64,000 nucleotides of DNA from Verrucomicrobiia bacterium (GTDB taxonomy: Bacteria > Acidobacteriota > Polarisedimenticolia > Gp22-AA2): assembly GCA_035638075.1 (NCBI GenBank), contig DASRAU010000046.1:101283-165282 (forward strand), read 5' to 3'. Positions 20,582 to 29,602 of this stretch are shown here, piece after piece; the stretch's first letter is position 1, and every line of letters starts with the position of its first letter. The notes under the pieces were generated by a model. It was not told the origin of the DNA. It did no database searches and saw nothing but the letters and a program-made list of their open reading frames with translations. The translations under genes and the position numbers were made by a program.

Positions 20582-21763
20582 TCACAATCCCAGAAGCGCG
20601 GCGGTGTGCCGCGCGATCATCAGCTCTTCGTTGGTCGGCACCACCCACGCCGACACCCGGCTCTTCGCGGTCGAGATCCGCGGGCCGCCACGCTCGTTCG
20701 CCGCCGCGTCGATCTCGAGGCCGAGCCAGGCGCAGGCCTCGACGATGCGCCGGCGGATCTCCGCCGAGTTCTCGCCGATGCCGGCGGTGAAGACGAGACC
20801 GTCCAGCCCCTGGAGCGTCGCCGCCATCGCCGCGACGTGCTGCGCGGCCGAGGAGACGAAGTAGTCCACCGCGAGGCGCGCCTCGGGCGCGTCGTTCCCC
20901 ACCAGGTCGCGCATGTCGTTGCTGATCCCGGAGATTCCGAGCAGTCCCGACTTCTTGTAGAGGAGTGTTTCGATCTCCTTCCCCGACATCCCCATCCCCT
21001 GCACCAGGTACAGGACCGCGCCGGGATCGAGGCTCCCGGGCCGCGTTCCCATGCACAGCCCGTCGAGCGCCGTGAACCCGAGCGTGGTATCCAGGCTCTT
21101 CCCGTTCTTCAGCGCGCAGAGGCTGGCGCCGCTGCCGAGGTGCGCGACGACGACCCGCTTCAGGGCGATCTCCGGCGCCACCTCGGGCAAGATTGAGGCG
21201 ATGTACTCGTACGACAGGCCGTGGAAGCCGTAGCGCTGCATCCCGGCATCGCGGAACTCTTTCGGAAGCGGGACCAGCTCGGTGACCGCCGCGCGCCCAC
21301 GGTGGAACGAGGTGTCGAAGCAGGCGACCTGGGGCACATCCGGGAGCTTTTCGAACACCGCCTCGATCGCCGCCAGGTTGTAGGGGACATGGAGCGGCGC
21401 CAGGGGAATGAGCTTCTTGAGCTCCGACAGGCATCGCGCGTCGACCTTGACCGGCGCCGTGTAGGTGGGACCGCCGTGCACGACGCGGTGCCCGACGCCC
21501 AGCACCTTGCCTCCTCCGAACTTCGAACGCAGCCAGGTGGCGACGGCGTCGAGCACCGGCCCGCCGTGCTTCAGCGACGCGTCGAGCTCCTGCCCGGCCA
21601 GCGGCTTGCCCTGCGCGTCCTTCACCGTGAGCTGCGGCTTGGTGCCGATTCCTTCGATCTGCCCGCGCGCCTCGAGTTCGAGGGCCCCCTGGCGAGGGTG
21701 CCCGAAGACGCGGAACTTCAGGCTCGAGGATCCGGCATTGAGAACGAGGAGATGATCGCCCAC
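20582..21763 (-). CDS. ackA: Acetate kinase; GTG start
   Basis: 393 aa from GTG 21763 (GAGGGG 4 nt upstream). N-terminal [14 protein letters not shown], plus HRVVHGG and the ASKHD-superfamily pattern. Confidence 0.85.
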   Translation of the reverse strand: MGDHLLVLNAGSSSLKFRVFGHPRQGALELEARGQIEGIGTKPQLTVKDAQGKPLAGQELDASLKHGGPVLDAVATWLRSKFGGGKVLGVGHRVVHGGPTYTAPVKVDARCLSELKKLIPLAPLHVPYNLAAIEAVFEKLPDVPQVACFDTSFHRGRAAVTELVPLPKEFRDAGMQRYGFHGLSYEYIASILPEVAPEIALKRVVVAHLGSGASLCALKNGKSLDTTLGFTALDGLCMGTRPGSLDPGAVLYLVQGMGMSGKEIETLLYKKSGLLGISGISNDMRDLVGNDAPEARLAVDYFVSSAAQHVAAMAATLQGLDGLVFTAGIGENSAEIRRRIVEACAWLGLEIDAAANERGGPRISTAKSRVSAWVVPTNEELMIARHTAALLGL

Positions 21764-21771
21764 GGCGCCCC

Positions 21772-22716
21772 TCAGGCTTTCGGAGCGGGGGTGCCGCGCC
21801 GGGCGTGCGCCGCCAGCATGGCGACGGCGCACGAGGCGATGCGGGCCCGCACGCTGTCGGCCCGGCTGGTCAGGATGATCGGCACCTTCGCCCCGAGCAC
21901 CAGCCCGGCGCTGTCGGCGTTCGCCAGGAAGGTGAGCTGCTTGGCGAGGATGTTGCCCGCCTCGAGGTCGGGGGCCAGCAGGATGTCGGGGTCCCCGGCG
22001 ACCTCGGACGTGATCCCCTTGATCTTCGCCGCCTCGGCGCTGATGGCGTTGTCGAACGCCAGCGGCCCGTCCAGTATCGCGCCGGTGATCTGCCCGCGGT
22101 CGGCCATCTTGCACAGCGCCGCGGCGTCGAGGGTCGCCGGCATCTTCGACGTCACCGTCTCGACCGCGGCCAGGATGGCGACCTTGGGCTTGTCCCGTCC
22201 CAGCGACACGACGAGATCGATGGCGTTGCGCAGGATGTCCGCCTTGTCCTCGAGCGTCGGCGCGATGTTGATGGCGCCGTCGGTGACCACCAGGACCTTG
22301 TGGTAGGTCGGCACGTCCATCACGAAGACGTGGCTGATGCGGCGCGCCGTGCGCAGCCCTCCCTCGCGCGCCACCACCGCCCCCATCAGCTCGTCGGTGT
22401 GCAGGCTGCCCTTCATCAGGAGCTCCGCCTTCCCCTCGCGCACGAGGGACACCGCCTTCTCCGCCGACCCGTGGCTGTGCGGCGCATCGACGATCTCGTA
22501 CGGCTTCAGGTCGAGCTTCGCCGCGGCGGCGACCGCGGCGATCTTCGCCGCCGGCCCGACCAGGATCGGCTTGATGAGCCCGAGCCGCGCCGCCTCGACG
22601 GCGCCGGACAGCGCCGACTCGTCGCACGGGTGCGCCACCGCCGTGGGGATCGGCTCGAGCCTGGCGCAGCGCTCCAAAAGGGCTTCGTATTTCCCGGTTC
22701 CGGTCCTGGCGCTCAT
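21772..22716 (-). CDS. pta: Phosphate acetyltransferase, short form (phosphate acetyl/butyryl-transferase family)
   Basis: 314 aa from ATG 22716 (codon 68 of the track ORF). Pta/Ptb-family motifs. Lies 8 nt upstream of ackA. Confidence 0.75.
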   Translation of the reverse strand: MSARTGTGKYEALLERCARLEPIPTAVAHPCDESALSGAVEAARLGLIKPILVGPAAKIAAVAAAAKLDLKPYEIVDAPHSHGSAEKAVSLVREGKAELLMKGSLHTDELMGAVVAREGGLRTARRISHVFVMDVPTYHKVLVVTDGAINIAPTLEDKADILRNAIDLVVSLGRDKPKVAILAAVETVTSKMPATLDAAALCKMADRGQITGAILDGPLAFDNAISAEAAKIKGITSEVAGDPDILLAPDLEAGNILAKQLTFLANADSAGLVLGAKVPIILTSRADSVRARIASCAVAMLAAHARRGTPAPKA

Positions 22717-22729
22717 CGAATGCTCCCGT

Positions 22730-23968
22730 TCACGTGGGACTGCGCACGGCCGCCGCGGTCGCGGGGAGGGCCCGCCCTGCCCGCCCGGTCTCCTTGAGCA
22801 GGAGAGTGAGGACGATCGCCCCGGCGATTCCGTAGAGAAGCGGCGTGAAGGCGGCGCGGTAGTGCTCCAGCGCCATGGTCGCGGCGCCCCCCGAGGCGCG
22901 CCGCAGCGCCGCGGCAAAGAGGGGGCCGAGCAGGGCGCTCAGCGTGAAGTTCACGAAATTGATGACACCCGTCGCCGTGCCTCCGAGGGACGGCGGGTTG
23001 GCCTCCTTCACGACGGTGTACGGGATCATCGCCGCGCCCGAGGCGACTCCCATGGCAAGGCCGACGACGTACGGCGGCAGCGCGTCCGCTCTGCCGTACA
23101 GGGCCCACGCCGTGCACGCGAACACCATCAGGGCGCCGCCGAGAATCACCGGCTTGCGCCGGCCGAGCCGGTCGGAGATGAACCCGAGCAGCGGACAGCC
23201 GACGATCCAGCCGAACGGAACCGCCGCCGATCGCAGCACCGCCTCGGCGTACTCGAGGCCGTGCCCCTCCTGCAGGTAGCGCACGCCCCAGACCATGTCG
23301 AAGATCGTCGTCGGAATGAAGAGCAGCCCCGCGATGAGCCCGCACAGGATCGACTGCGGGTTCCTGAAGACGAGGCCGAACGCCGCCGCCAGGCCCGGCT
23401 TCGAACCTCCCGCCGGGGCGGCCGGCTTCCCCTTCGGCAGGATGAGCATCAGCACCGCGCCGATGAGAAGCCCGGCGACGCCCATCCCGATCCAGAACGC
23501 GCGCCAGGTCACTCCCGAGGCGATGAGCGGCCCGACCGCGAACTGCCCCACCGATCCTCCCGCCATGCCGCACATCTGCGTCGCGCCGATGAGGGTCGCG
23601 GCTTTCCCGGGAGGGAAGGCGCGCGTGGCGACGTCGATCGCCCCGATCAGGGCGAAGACGCCCCCCGCCCCCTGGAGGAAGCGGCCGCAGCCCGCCGCGG
23701 CCGGATGGCCGGTCGCGAACAGCAGCGCTCCGATCCCGACCATCGCCGCCGCCGCCGGGACCACCCGCGCGGCCCCGAGCCGGTCCATGGCGGCGCCGGA
23801 GACCAGGCTGAACGGAGAGTAGCCGTAGTAGAAGAGCCCGACGAGGGACGCGACCGCGAGGGCGCTGATGCCGAGCCCTTCCGAGAGCTGCGGCAGCATG
23901 ACGGCGGGGCAGGAGCGGGCGACGTACTGGTAGAAATAGAACATCGCCAGGACGAACCACGCCGCCAT
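22730..23968 (-). CDS. MFS transporter (substrate unknown)
   Basis: 12 TM segments with the MFS loop motif DRLGRRK between TM8 and TM9. Start is either ATG 23968 or GTG 24004. Confidence 0.65.
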   Translation of the reverse strand: MAAWFVLAMFYFYQYVARSCPAVMLPQLSEGLGISALAVASLVGLFYYGYSPFSLVSGAAMDRLGAARVVPAAAAMVGIGALLFATGHPAAAGCGRFLQGAGGVFALIGAIDVATRAFPPGKAATLIGATQMCGMAGGSVGQFAVGPLIASGVTWRAFWIGMGVAGLLIGAVLMLILPKGKPAAPAGGSKPGLAAAFGLVFRNPQSILCGLIAGLLFIPTTIFDMVWGVRYLQEGHGLEYAEAVLRSAAVPFGWIVGCPLLGFISDRLGRRKPVILGGALMVFACTAWALYGRADALPPYVVGLAMGVASGAAMIPYTVVKEANPPSLGGTATGVINFVNFTLSALLGPLFAAALRRASGGAATMALEHYRAAFTPLLYGIAGAIVLTLLLKETGRAGRALPATAAAVRSPT

Positions 23969-24016
23969 CGCGGCCCCGACGCCGGGCCTGCCGCCGCTCC
24001 CCACGACCTGCCGGTC

Positions 24017-25651
24017 CTAGCAGAGCGTGACGGAGACCGCCAGGCCGCCTTCGGAGGTCTCCTTGTACTTCGAGTTCATCTCCTTGGCGGTGAGCGCCAT
24101 GGCGTTGACCGTCGTGTCGAAGTCGAGGCGCCGGTTCACGGGAATCTCGTTGCTCGCGATCATGAACCCGGTCCAGGACTTGATCGCGCCGAAGGCGCAG
24201 CGCTCGATGCACGGCACCTGCACGTAGCCCGCGACCGGGTCACAGGTCATGCCGAGATGGTGCTCGATCGCCGCCTCCGCCGCGTTGGCGACGACCTGGG
24301 GCGGGAAGTCGTGCGCCTGGGCGATGAGGGCGGCCCCCATGCCGGAGGCAACACCAATCTCCGCCTGGCAGCCGCCTTCCGCGCCCGACAAGGTCGCGTT
24401 GTGCTTGCACAGGTACCCGACCCCCGCGGCGGCGAGCATGCCGTTGCGCAGCTTCTCCGGGGGGAGCTTGCGTCCCCCTTCGCCGAGGCCGTACAGCACG
24501 GCCGGGATGACGCCGGCCGAGCCTCCGGTGGGGGCCGTCACGACGAGGTGGCCGCGGGCGTTTTCCTCCGAACCCGCGAGAGCGTACGCCGCGACGACGC
24601 CGAGCCCGCGCTGCTTCTCGTACTCATCGTCCATCGCCCGCTTGTAGACCTCCCCCGCCTTGGTCTTGAGCTTGATCGGCCCGGGAAGCGTCCCCTCCGG
24701 CATCGCGAGGCCCGACTTCACGATGTTGCTCATGGCCAGCATGATCTTGTCCACGAAGGCGTTGATCTCCGCCTCGCTCTTCCCGGAGACCGCCACCTCG
24801 TTGGCCATCACCACCTGCGCCACCGACAGGTTGTTCTTGGTGGCGTGATCCACCAGCTCCTTCATCGTGGCGTACGGGTATTTCGGCTGCCCCTTCTTCG
24901 GCGGCTGGTACCCCTTCCACTCGATGAAGCCGCCGCCGACCGAGTAGTACTCCTGCTCCAGGAGGACCTTGTTGGCCGGCCCCAGGAGCTTGCAGGTCAT
25001 GGTGTTCGGGTGCGGGAAGGTGCCGTCCTTCTTGTCGTAGATGATGTCCTTGAGCGACATGTTCAGCGTCTTGTCGCCGAACTTCACCGGGAAGGTCTGA
25101 TCCGGCTTGTCACGCAGGCTGTCGAGGAACTCGGGCTCGACCGTGGCCGGCTCCTTGCCGATGATCCCGGCGAGGCAGGCCCGCTCGGTGCCGTGCCCCA
25201 GACCGGTGGCGCTGAGGCTGCCGAACAGGTGCACCTTCAGGCCGGCCACCTGCGCGAGCGTCGCGGCCGGGAGCTTGGTGCAGCGCTGGTAGAAGTCGTA
25301 GGTGATGCGCATCGGGCCGATGGTGTGGCTGCTCGACGGGCCCGGACCGACCTTGTAGAACTCCTCGATGGTCGTCATGACCGGCCCCTTCGACTTCTTG
25401 ACGACGTCGAGCGTCGGCGCCAGGGTGGTGGCGGTCTTGCCGGCCGGCTTGGCGGCGGGTTTCGCCGCGGCCGCCGTGGCCGCCTCGACTTCGGTGGTCG
25501 TCTTCCCCGTCAGGACCGCGGCGGCCCCGACGACGGCGGTGCGCAGGATGAACGCGCGGCGGTCGACCCCCTCGGGGACCTCCTCGAGCACTTCGGGCTC
25601 CACCGGAACGGGGTTCTCCACGGGTTTCTTCGGATCGTCCTGCATGTTCAT
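24017..25651 (-). CDS. sdaA: L-serine dehydratase, single-chain Fe-S type, with N-terminal Tat (twin-arginine) signal extension
   Basis: 544 aa; strong RBS AGAGGAGG. N-terminal extension contains DRRAFILRTAVVGAAAVLTG (RRxFIL plus h-region) and an Ala/Lys/Thr-rich linker. The SdaA core then begins MTTIEEFYKVGPGPSSSHTIGPM, followed by beta and alpha domains. Confidence 0.8.
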   Translation of the reverse strand: MNMQDDPKKPVENPVPVEPEVLEEVPEGVDRRAFILRTAVVGAAAVLTGKTTTEVEAATAAAAKPAAKPAGKTATTLAPTLDVVKKSKGPVMTTIEEFYKVGPGPSSSHTIGPMRITYDFYQRCTKLPAATLAQVAGLKVHLFGSLSATGLGHGTERACLAGIIGKEPATVEPEFLDSLRDKPDQTFPVKFGDKTLNMSLKDIIYDKKDGTFPHPNTMTCKLLGPANKVLLEQEYYSVGGGFIEWKGYQPPKKGQPKYPYATMKELVDHATKNNLSVAQVVMANEVAVSGKSEAEINAFVDKIMLAMSNIVKSGLAMPEGTLPGPIKLKTKAGEVYKRAMDDEYEKQRGLGVVAAYALAGSEENARGHLVVTAPTGGSAGVIPAVLYGLGEGGRKLPPEKLRNGMLAAAGVGYLCKHNATLSGAEGGCQAEIGVASGMGAALIAQAHDFPPQVVANAAEAAIEHHLGMTCDPVAGYVQVPCIERCAFGAIKSWTGFMIASNEIPVNRRLDFDTTVNAMALTAKEMNSKYKETSEGGLAVSVTLC

Positions 25652-25689
25652 CCTCCTCTTTCGTAACAGGTCTGTCCCGCCGCGATCGA

Positions 25690-26235
25690 CTACTCGACGG
25701 CGACGAGCAGTGCGTTCGTGTAGGTGATCTCCACTTTGTCCCCCGGGTGGACGTTCTTCACCAGGCTCTTGTCCTCCACGCGGACGCTGACGCTGTGGCC
25801 GTCCTCGCCCATGAAGGTGATCGAGCTGTTCTTCGTGTCGACCGCCTTCACGGTGACGGACGCGGTGACCTGCTGGGTCATCGTGCCGCTCGGCTTCTCG
25901 GTCGCGCCGCGGACGATCGCCGGCTGGCCGTCGGAGTTCGCCTGGACGGGGTCACCCGGCTTGCGGATGCGCACCGCCACCGACTCGGTGTACTTGAAGG
26001 ACACCTTGTCCCCGACCTTCAGCTCGTCGAACCGCTTGATCTCGGGCCCGGCGGTGAGCGTCTCGTAGTTGCCGTCCTTGTCCTTGAGCGTGACCGTGCG
26101 GGCGGCATGATCGATCGCCTCGATCGTGGTCTTGACGGTGACCGTGCCGGTCTCGATCTTCGGCTTCGCATCGGCCGCGAACAGGGGAGCGGCGGCGAGG
26201 AGCACGGCGGCGACGGTGAGCGAGGTCTTCTGCAT
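25690..26235 (-). CDS. Secreted tandem CusF-like two-repeat protein, paralog 2
   Basis: ATG 26235 (AGGAGGG RBS); signal MQKTSLTVAAVLLAAAPLFAADA. Repeats TVTVKTTIEAIDHAARTVTLKDKDGNYETL..FDELKVGDKVSFKY and VTASVTVKAVDTKNSSITF..VHPGDKVEITY. Confidence 0.6.
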   Translation of the reverse strand: MQKTSLTVAAVLLAAAPLFAADAKPKIETGTVTVKTTIEAIDHAARTVTLKDKDGNYETLTAGPEIKRFDELKVGDKVSFKYTESVAVRIRKPGDPVQANSDGQPAIVRGATEKPSGTMTQQVTASVTVKAVDTKNSSITFMGEDGHSVSVRVEDKSLVKNVHPGDKVEITYTNALLVAVE

Positions 26236-26452
26236 GAGGCGATCCCTCCTGGGCATCGATGAGTTGTCTGAAACGGCCGAAGCATAGTCCCATTCCTCGA
26301 GGCGCGGCGAATCTCTTTTTTTGAGCTCGAGGAGGAGGGTGGCGGGGATGCCAGGATTCGCGCCGGTTTCCCGGCCCCTCCCGGCCGGATGGAGAGTCCC
26401 GCGTGCGCAGCGCCATCGACTCGCTCATCCAGACGCAGAGACCTCTCTCCAG

Positions 26453-27997
26453 TCACTCCTTCCCCGATTCGGGCTGGGTTGCCAGGGTCGAAGTGATTCG
26501 ATCCCGGATCACCTGGAAAAAAGGATTGCTGCGGAGCCGTGCGAAGGCGCCGAGTGGGACGAGGAGGGCGCCGGACTCGCCGCGGGCCTCGAAGGCGCCG
26601 AGCTGGAAGCGCGGCTCGGCGGGCGCCGGGGCGATTCCGTAAACCGGATCGTCGGGGGGGATGGGCAGGGCGACATGGCCGAGGGAGAAGACGCCCTTGG
26701 GCCACTCGAACGGCAAGTCCTCGTGACGTTCGCCGCCGGCCGCCGCGTCGGCCGGGCTCGGGGGGGCGCCCGCCTCGCGCTCGAACAGGGCGACGGCGTT
26801 CGAGCCGTCGGGGCGATTGCCGACGATCGTCACGCGGAACGGCAGCGACGGAACGGCGCGCAGATTCTGCAGCGTCTGGGTCGGGCCCGGAGCGATGAGC
26901 CCTTCCATCTCGCTGCGGCGGTTGATGTCGAAGACGACCAGCTCGTTTCCCGGGCCGGGGAGTCTCGAGAGCAGGCCGTGCACCACCTCCGCGGCGGTCA
27001 CGGTCGAGTCGACCAGCGACTGGAACACGGTGACGCGCGGCATCCGGTCGAGGCGTTTCTTCTCCCCCGCCTCCACGAGCTCCGCGTTCAGGACGTGCGT
27101 CAGCGCGTAGATCTGGTTGCCGGCGTTCACCGGGAACGAGTTGTACTTGTACGGGTCGTATTCCGGCAGGACGTCGATCCACTGCGACTTCTCGAAGGCC
27201 GGCAGGAACGACAGCCCCGAGACGATGTTGGTCAGCACCGCGAACGGCGAGATGCCGATGGCCGGCGACACCAGGAAGAGCCGCTCGGGGCGCGGCAGCG
27301 AGTCGTCCGCCGCCGCCCGCACGGCATAGAGCGAGAGCAGGGCGGAGCCGGTCGAGTGCCCGGCGGCGAAAAACGGGTGCCCCGCGCCGGCGCGCGAGGC
27401 GGTGTAGCGCGCCGCGAGCGCGACCGCGGCATACCAGTCCTGCCAGGTGACGTCCCGCAGCGCCCCGGGGATCGTGCCGTGTCCCGGAAGGCGCAGCACC
27501 ACGACGTCGAATCCCTGGGCGAAGAAGACCTGGGCGATGCCGCGCATGCTGTAGGGCGAATCCGACAGCCCGTGCACCAGCAGCACCGCCCCGCGGGGCG
27601 TCGTCGCGGGGGTCAGCTCGTAGGAATGGTTGTGCTCGGTGTCGAGCGCGAGGCGCTCGGGGACGCTGCCTGGATGGTAGCGGCTCAACAGGAACGGGTC
27701 GGCCGCCTTCGGATCGTCCAGCACCTTTTTCCGCAGCTCGGCGAACAGCCGATCCTCGAGCTTGCGGTACTCCTCGAACGTCTTGGGCGCTCCATGGGCA
27801 CCCTGGGCGCCGGCGCGGAATTCCTCGTCGAGACGCACCTTGTGCCAGGCGTGCAGGTCGGAGAGCCGGACGCGCGCCTGGATCGCGAACAGGAGAACGA
27901 TGCCGCCGAGGGCCGACAACGCCAGCGCGGCGACGGCCAGGAAGGTTTTTCCCAGCCGTCGCCGCCAGCGGCCCGGTGGAGCAGGGTGGGGGCCCAT
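26453..27997 (-). CDS. Alpha/beta-hydrolase-fold protein (lipase/esterase-like), N-terminally membrane anchored
   Basis: 514 aa. N-terminal TM FLAVAALALSALGGIVLLFAI. Nucleophile elbow GHSTGS and LLVHGLSDSP motifs. Confidence 0.65.
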   Translation of the reverse strand: MGPHPAPPGRWRRRLGKTFLAVAALALSALGGIVLLFAIQARVRLSDLHAWHKVRLDEEFRAGAQGAHGAPKTFEEYRKLEDRLFAELRKKVLDDPKAADPFLLSRYHPGSVPERLALDTEHNHSYELTPATTPRGAVLLVHGLSDSPYSMRGIAQVFFAQGFDVVVLRLPGHGTIPGALRDVTWQDWYAAVALAARYTASRAGAGHPFFAAGHSTGSALLSLYAVRAAADDSLPRPERLFLVSPAIGISPFAVLTNIVSGLSFLPAFEKSQWIDVLPEYDPYKYNSFPVNAGNQIYALTHVLNAELVEAGEKKRLDRMPRVTVFQSLVDSTVTAAEVVHGLLSRLPGPGNELVVFDINRRSEMEGLIAPGPTQTLQNLRAVPSLPFRVTIVGNRPDGSNAVALFEREAGAPPSPADAAAGGERHEDLPFEWPKGVFSLGHVALPIPPDDPVYGIAPAPAEPRFQLGAFEARGESGALLVPLGAFARLRSNPFFQVIRDRITSTLATQPESGKE

Positions 27998-28050
27998 GCG
28001 CGCATCATGTCATGCGAACCACGTCCGGCGGGCGCGCGCCGCCGGCCGTC

Positions 28051-28761
28051 TTACTTGTGCGAAGGCTTGACGCTCAGGAGCAGAGCGTTCGTGTAGGTGA
28101 TCTCGACGCGGTCCCCTGCCTTGACGTTGTCCAGGAGATCCTGGTCGTCGACCTTCACGGTCATCGTCCGGCCGTCGTCGGTCTCGAACGAGATCGATCT
28201 CTCGCTCGGATCGACGTCCTTGACGGTGACGAGGGACGTGACCTGCTGCGTCAGGGAGCCGGTGTTGGTGCCGGAAGGGCTGGCCGCGCCGCTTCCCGCT
28301 CCGCCGCCCGGAGCCCCGGGCTCCTTGGTCGGCGTGCCGGGGGTCGGCGCGCCGGAGGGGGTGTCCATCCCCGACGGCGTCTGAGGCGCACTCGAGGGAG
28401 TGTCGGATTCGTCCTCCGGGTATCCGGACGCCGGCCGCGGGGCCATGGTGTCGGCTTCGTCCGCCGGCCGGATCTGGAGAGCCCGGCCCTCGACGTACTT
28501 GAACGTGGCCCGCTCCCCGACCTTCAGGGAGTCGAAGGCCCCGATGTCGGAGCCGGCCTGGACCGTCACCAGATCACCGTCCTGATCCTTGAAGGTGACG
28601 GTGCGGGTCGCGGGATCGATGGCCTCGACAGTGCTCTTGACCGTGACGGCGTCACCGGACTTTTTCGTCTCCGTCGACTTGTGATCGGGGTGCCCGCTGT
28701 CGGCGGCCAGGAGCGGCAGCGCGACGAGGCAGGCGGACAGGAACAGAACCGTTTTCTTCAT
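28051..28761 (-). CDS. Secreted tandem CusF-like two-repeat protein, paralog 3, with Pro/Ser/Gly-rich linker
   Basis: ATG 28761 with RBS AAGGAGAG; signal MKKTVLFLSACLVALPLLAAD. Repeats AVTVKSTVEAIDPATRTVTF.. and LVTVKDVDPSERSISF..VKAGDRVEITY are separated by a low-complexity PSG-rich linker. Confidence 0.6.
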   Translation of the reverse strand: MKKTVLFLSACLVALPLLAADSGHPDHKSTETKKSGDAVTVKSTVEAIDPATRTVTFKDQDGDLVTVQAGSDIGAFDSLKVGERATFKYVEGRALQIRPADEADTMAPRPASGYPEDESDTPSSAPQTPSGMDTPSGAPTPGTPTKEPGAPGGGAGSGAASPSGTNTGSLTQQVTSLVTVKDVDPSERSISFETDDGRTMTVKVDDQDLLDNVKAGDRVEITYTNALLLSVKPSHK

Positions 28762-28816
28762 GATCTCTCCTTCTCTCTCCTTGAATGTTTCGGTGCGACG
28801 CGCGCGGCGCCTGTGG

Positions 28817-29467
28817 TCAGTCTTCAGGCTCGCAGCTGACGAGCACCGCGTTGGTGTAAGTCATCTCGATCTGGTCGCCGGCGTGCAGGTTCTTCACCAG
28901 GTCCCGATCGTCCACGTGAGTGCTCACGGTGTGGCCGTCCTCGGTTTCGAAGGTGATCCAGTGTCCTTTCGGATCCACGTCCTTGACCGTGACGACCGAC
29001 GTGACCTGCTCGCCCACCAGGGAGACGGGTTCATCGCCGGAGGGACCGTACTCCGTCGGGCTGCCCGCCGCCGCGGCGGACTCATCGCCGCCCGGAGCGC
29101 TGCCGGACGGACTGTCGTAGGGGGCGCCGCTGGGGTCGCCGCCGGAAGGATTGGTGACATGTGTTCCGGCCTGGCCCGCCGGGTGGGTCTGGAGGACCAC
29201 CCCTTCGGTGTAACGGAAAGTCACCTTGTCCCCGACCTTCAGGTCGTCGAAGCCCTGCACGTCGGGTCCGGCCTGGACCGTGACCAGGTGGCCGTCCCGA
29301 TCCTTGAGCGTGACGGTGCGGGCGGTGTGGTCGATCGCCTCGACGGTGGTCTTGACCTTGACGGTGTCGGACTTCGAGACCGAGGGCCGGTCCTCCGCGG
29401 CATAAAGAGGCGCCGCCAGGAGGGCGGCGCCGAGAACGAACGCGGCTTTCTTCAGCATGGACTTCAT
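28817..29467 (-). CDS. Secreted tandem CusF-like two-repeat protein, paralog 4
   Basis: C-terminal real part of the 1725-aa track ORF. ATG 29467 (RBS GGAGGAGG), signal MKSMLKKAAFVLGAALLAAPLYAAE, same two-repeat architecture. The remainder of the track ORF is antisense to the RND genes and rejected. Confidence 0.6.
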   Translation of the reverse strand: MKSMLKKAAFVLGAALLAAPLYAAEDRPSVSKSDTVKVKTTVEAIDHTARTVTLKDRDGHLVTVQAGPDVQGFDDLKVGDKVTFRYTEGVVLQTHPAGQAGTHVTNPSGGDPSGAPYDSPSGSAPGGDESAAAAGSPTEYGPSGDEPVSLVGEQVTSVVTVKDVDPKGHWITFETEDGHTVSTHVDDRDLVKNLHAGDQIEMTYTNAVLVSCEPED

Positions 29468-29566
29468 CACGAAACCTCCTCCGCACTCCCGGACCCAAGC
29501 AGGGTAAAAGCCGCTCCCGTCCGACTCCATACCCCGGACCACGCAAGCCCGGGACAGAATCCTCGC

Positions 29567-29572
29567 TATAAT
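29567..29572 (+). promoter_or_regulatory. Candidate -10 hexamer (TATAAT) for the RND efflux operon
   Basis: Perfect TATAAT 30 nt upstream of the adaptor ATG (29603), in the 135-nt divergent intergenic region. No clear -35 element. Confidence 0.35.
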
Positions 29573-29602
29573 CCCGTCCGCTCGAGGATCCGGGGTCAAT
29601 CG

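Noticed and set aside
16835-29467. Calling the four two-repeat proteins genuine copper chaperones (CusF) and the RND system a CusCBA metal pump
   Set aside because: The CusF metal-binding His/Met/Met/Trp positions are not conserved in any repeat. The RND permease N-terminus is AcrB-like (HAE1), not CusA/CzcA-like.
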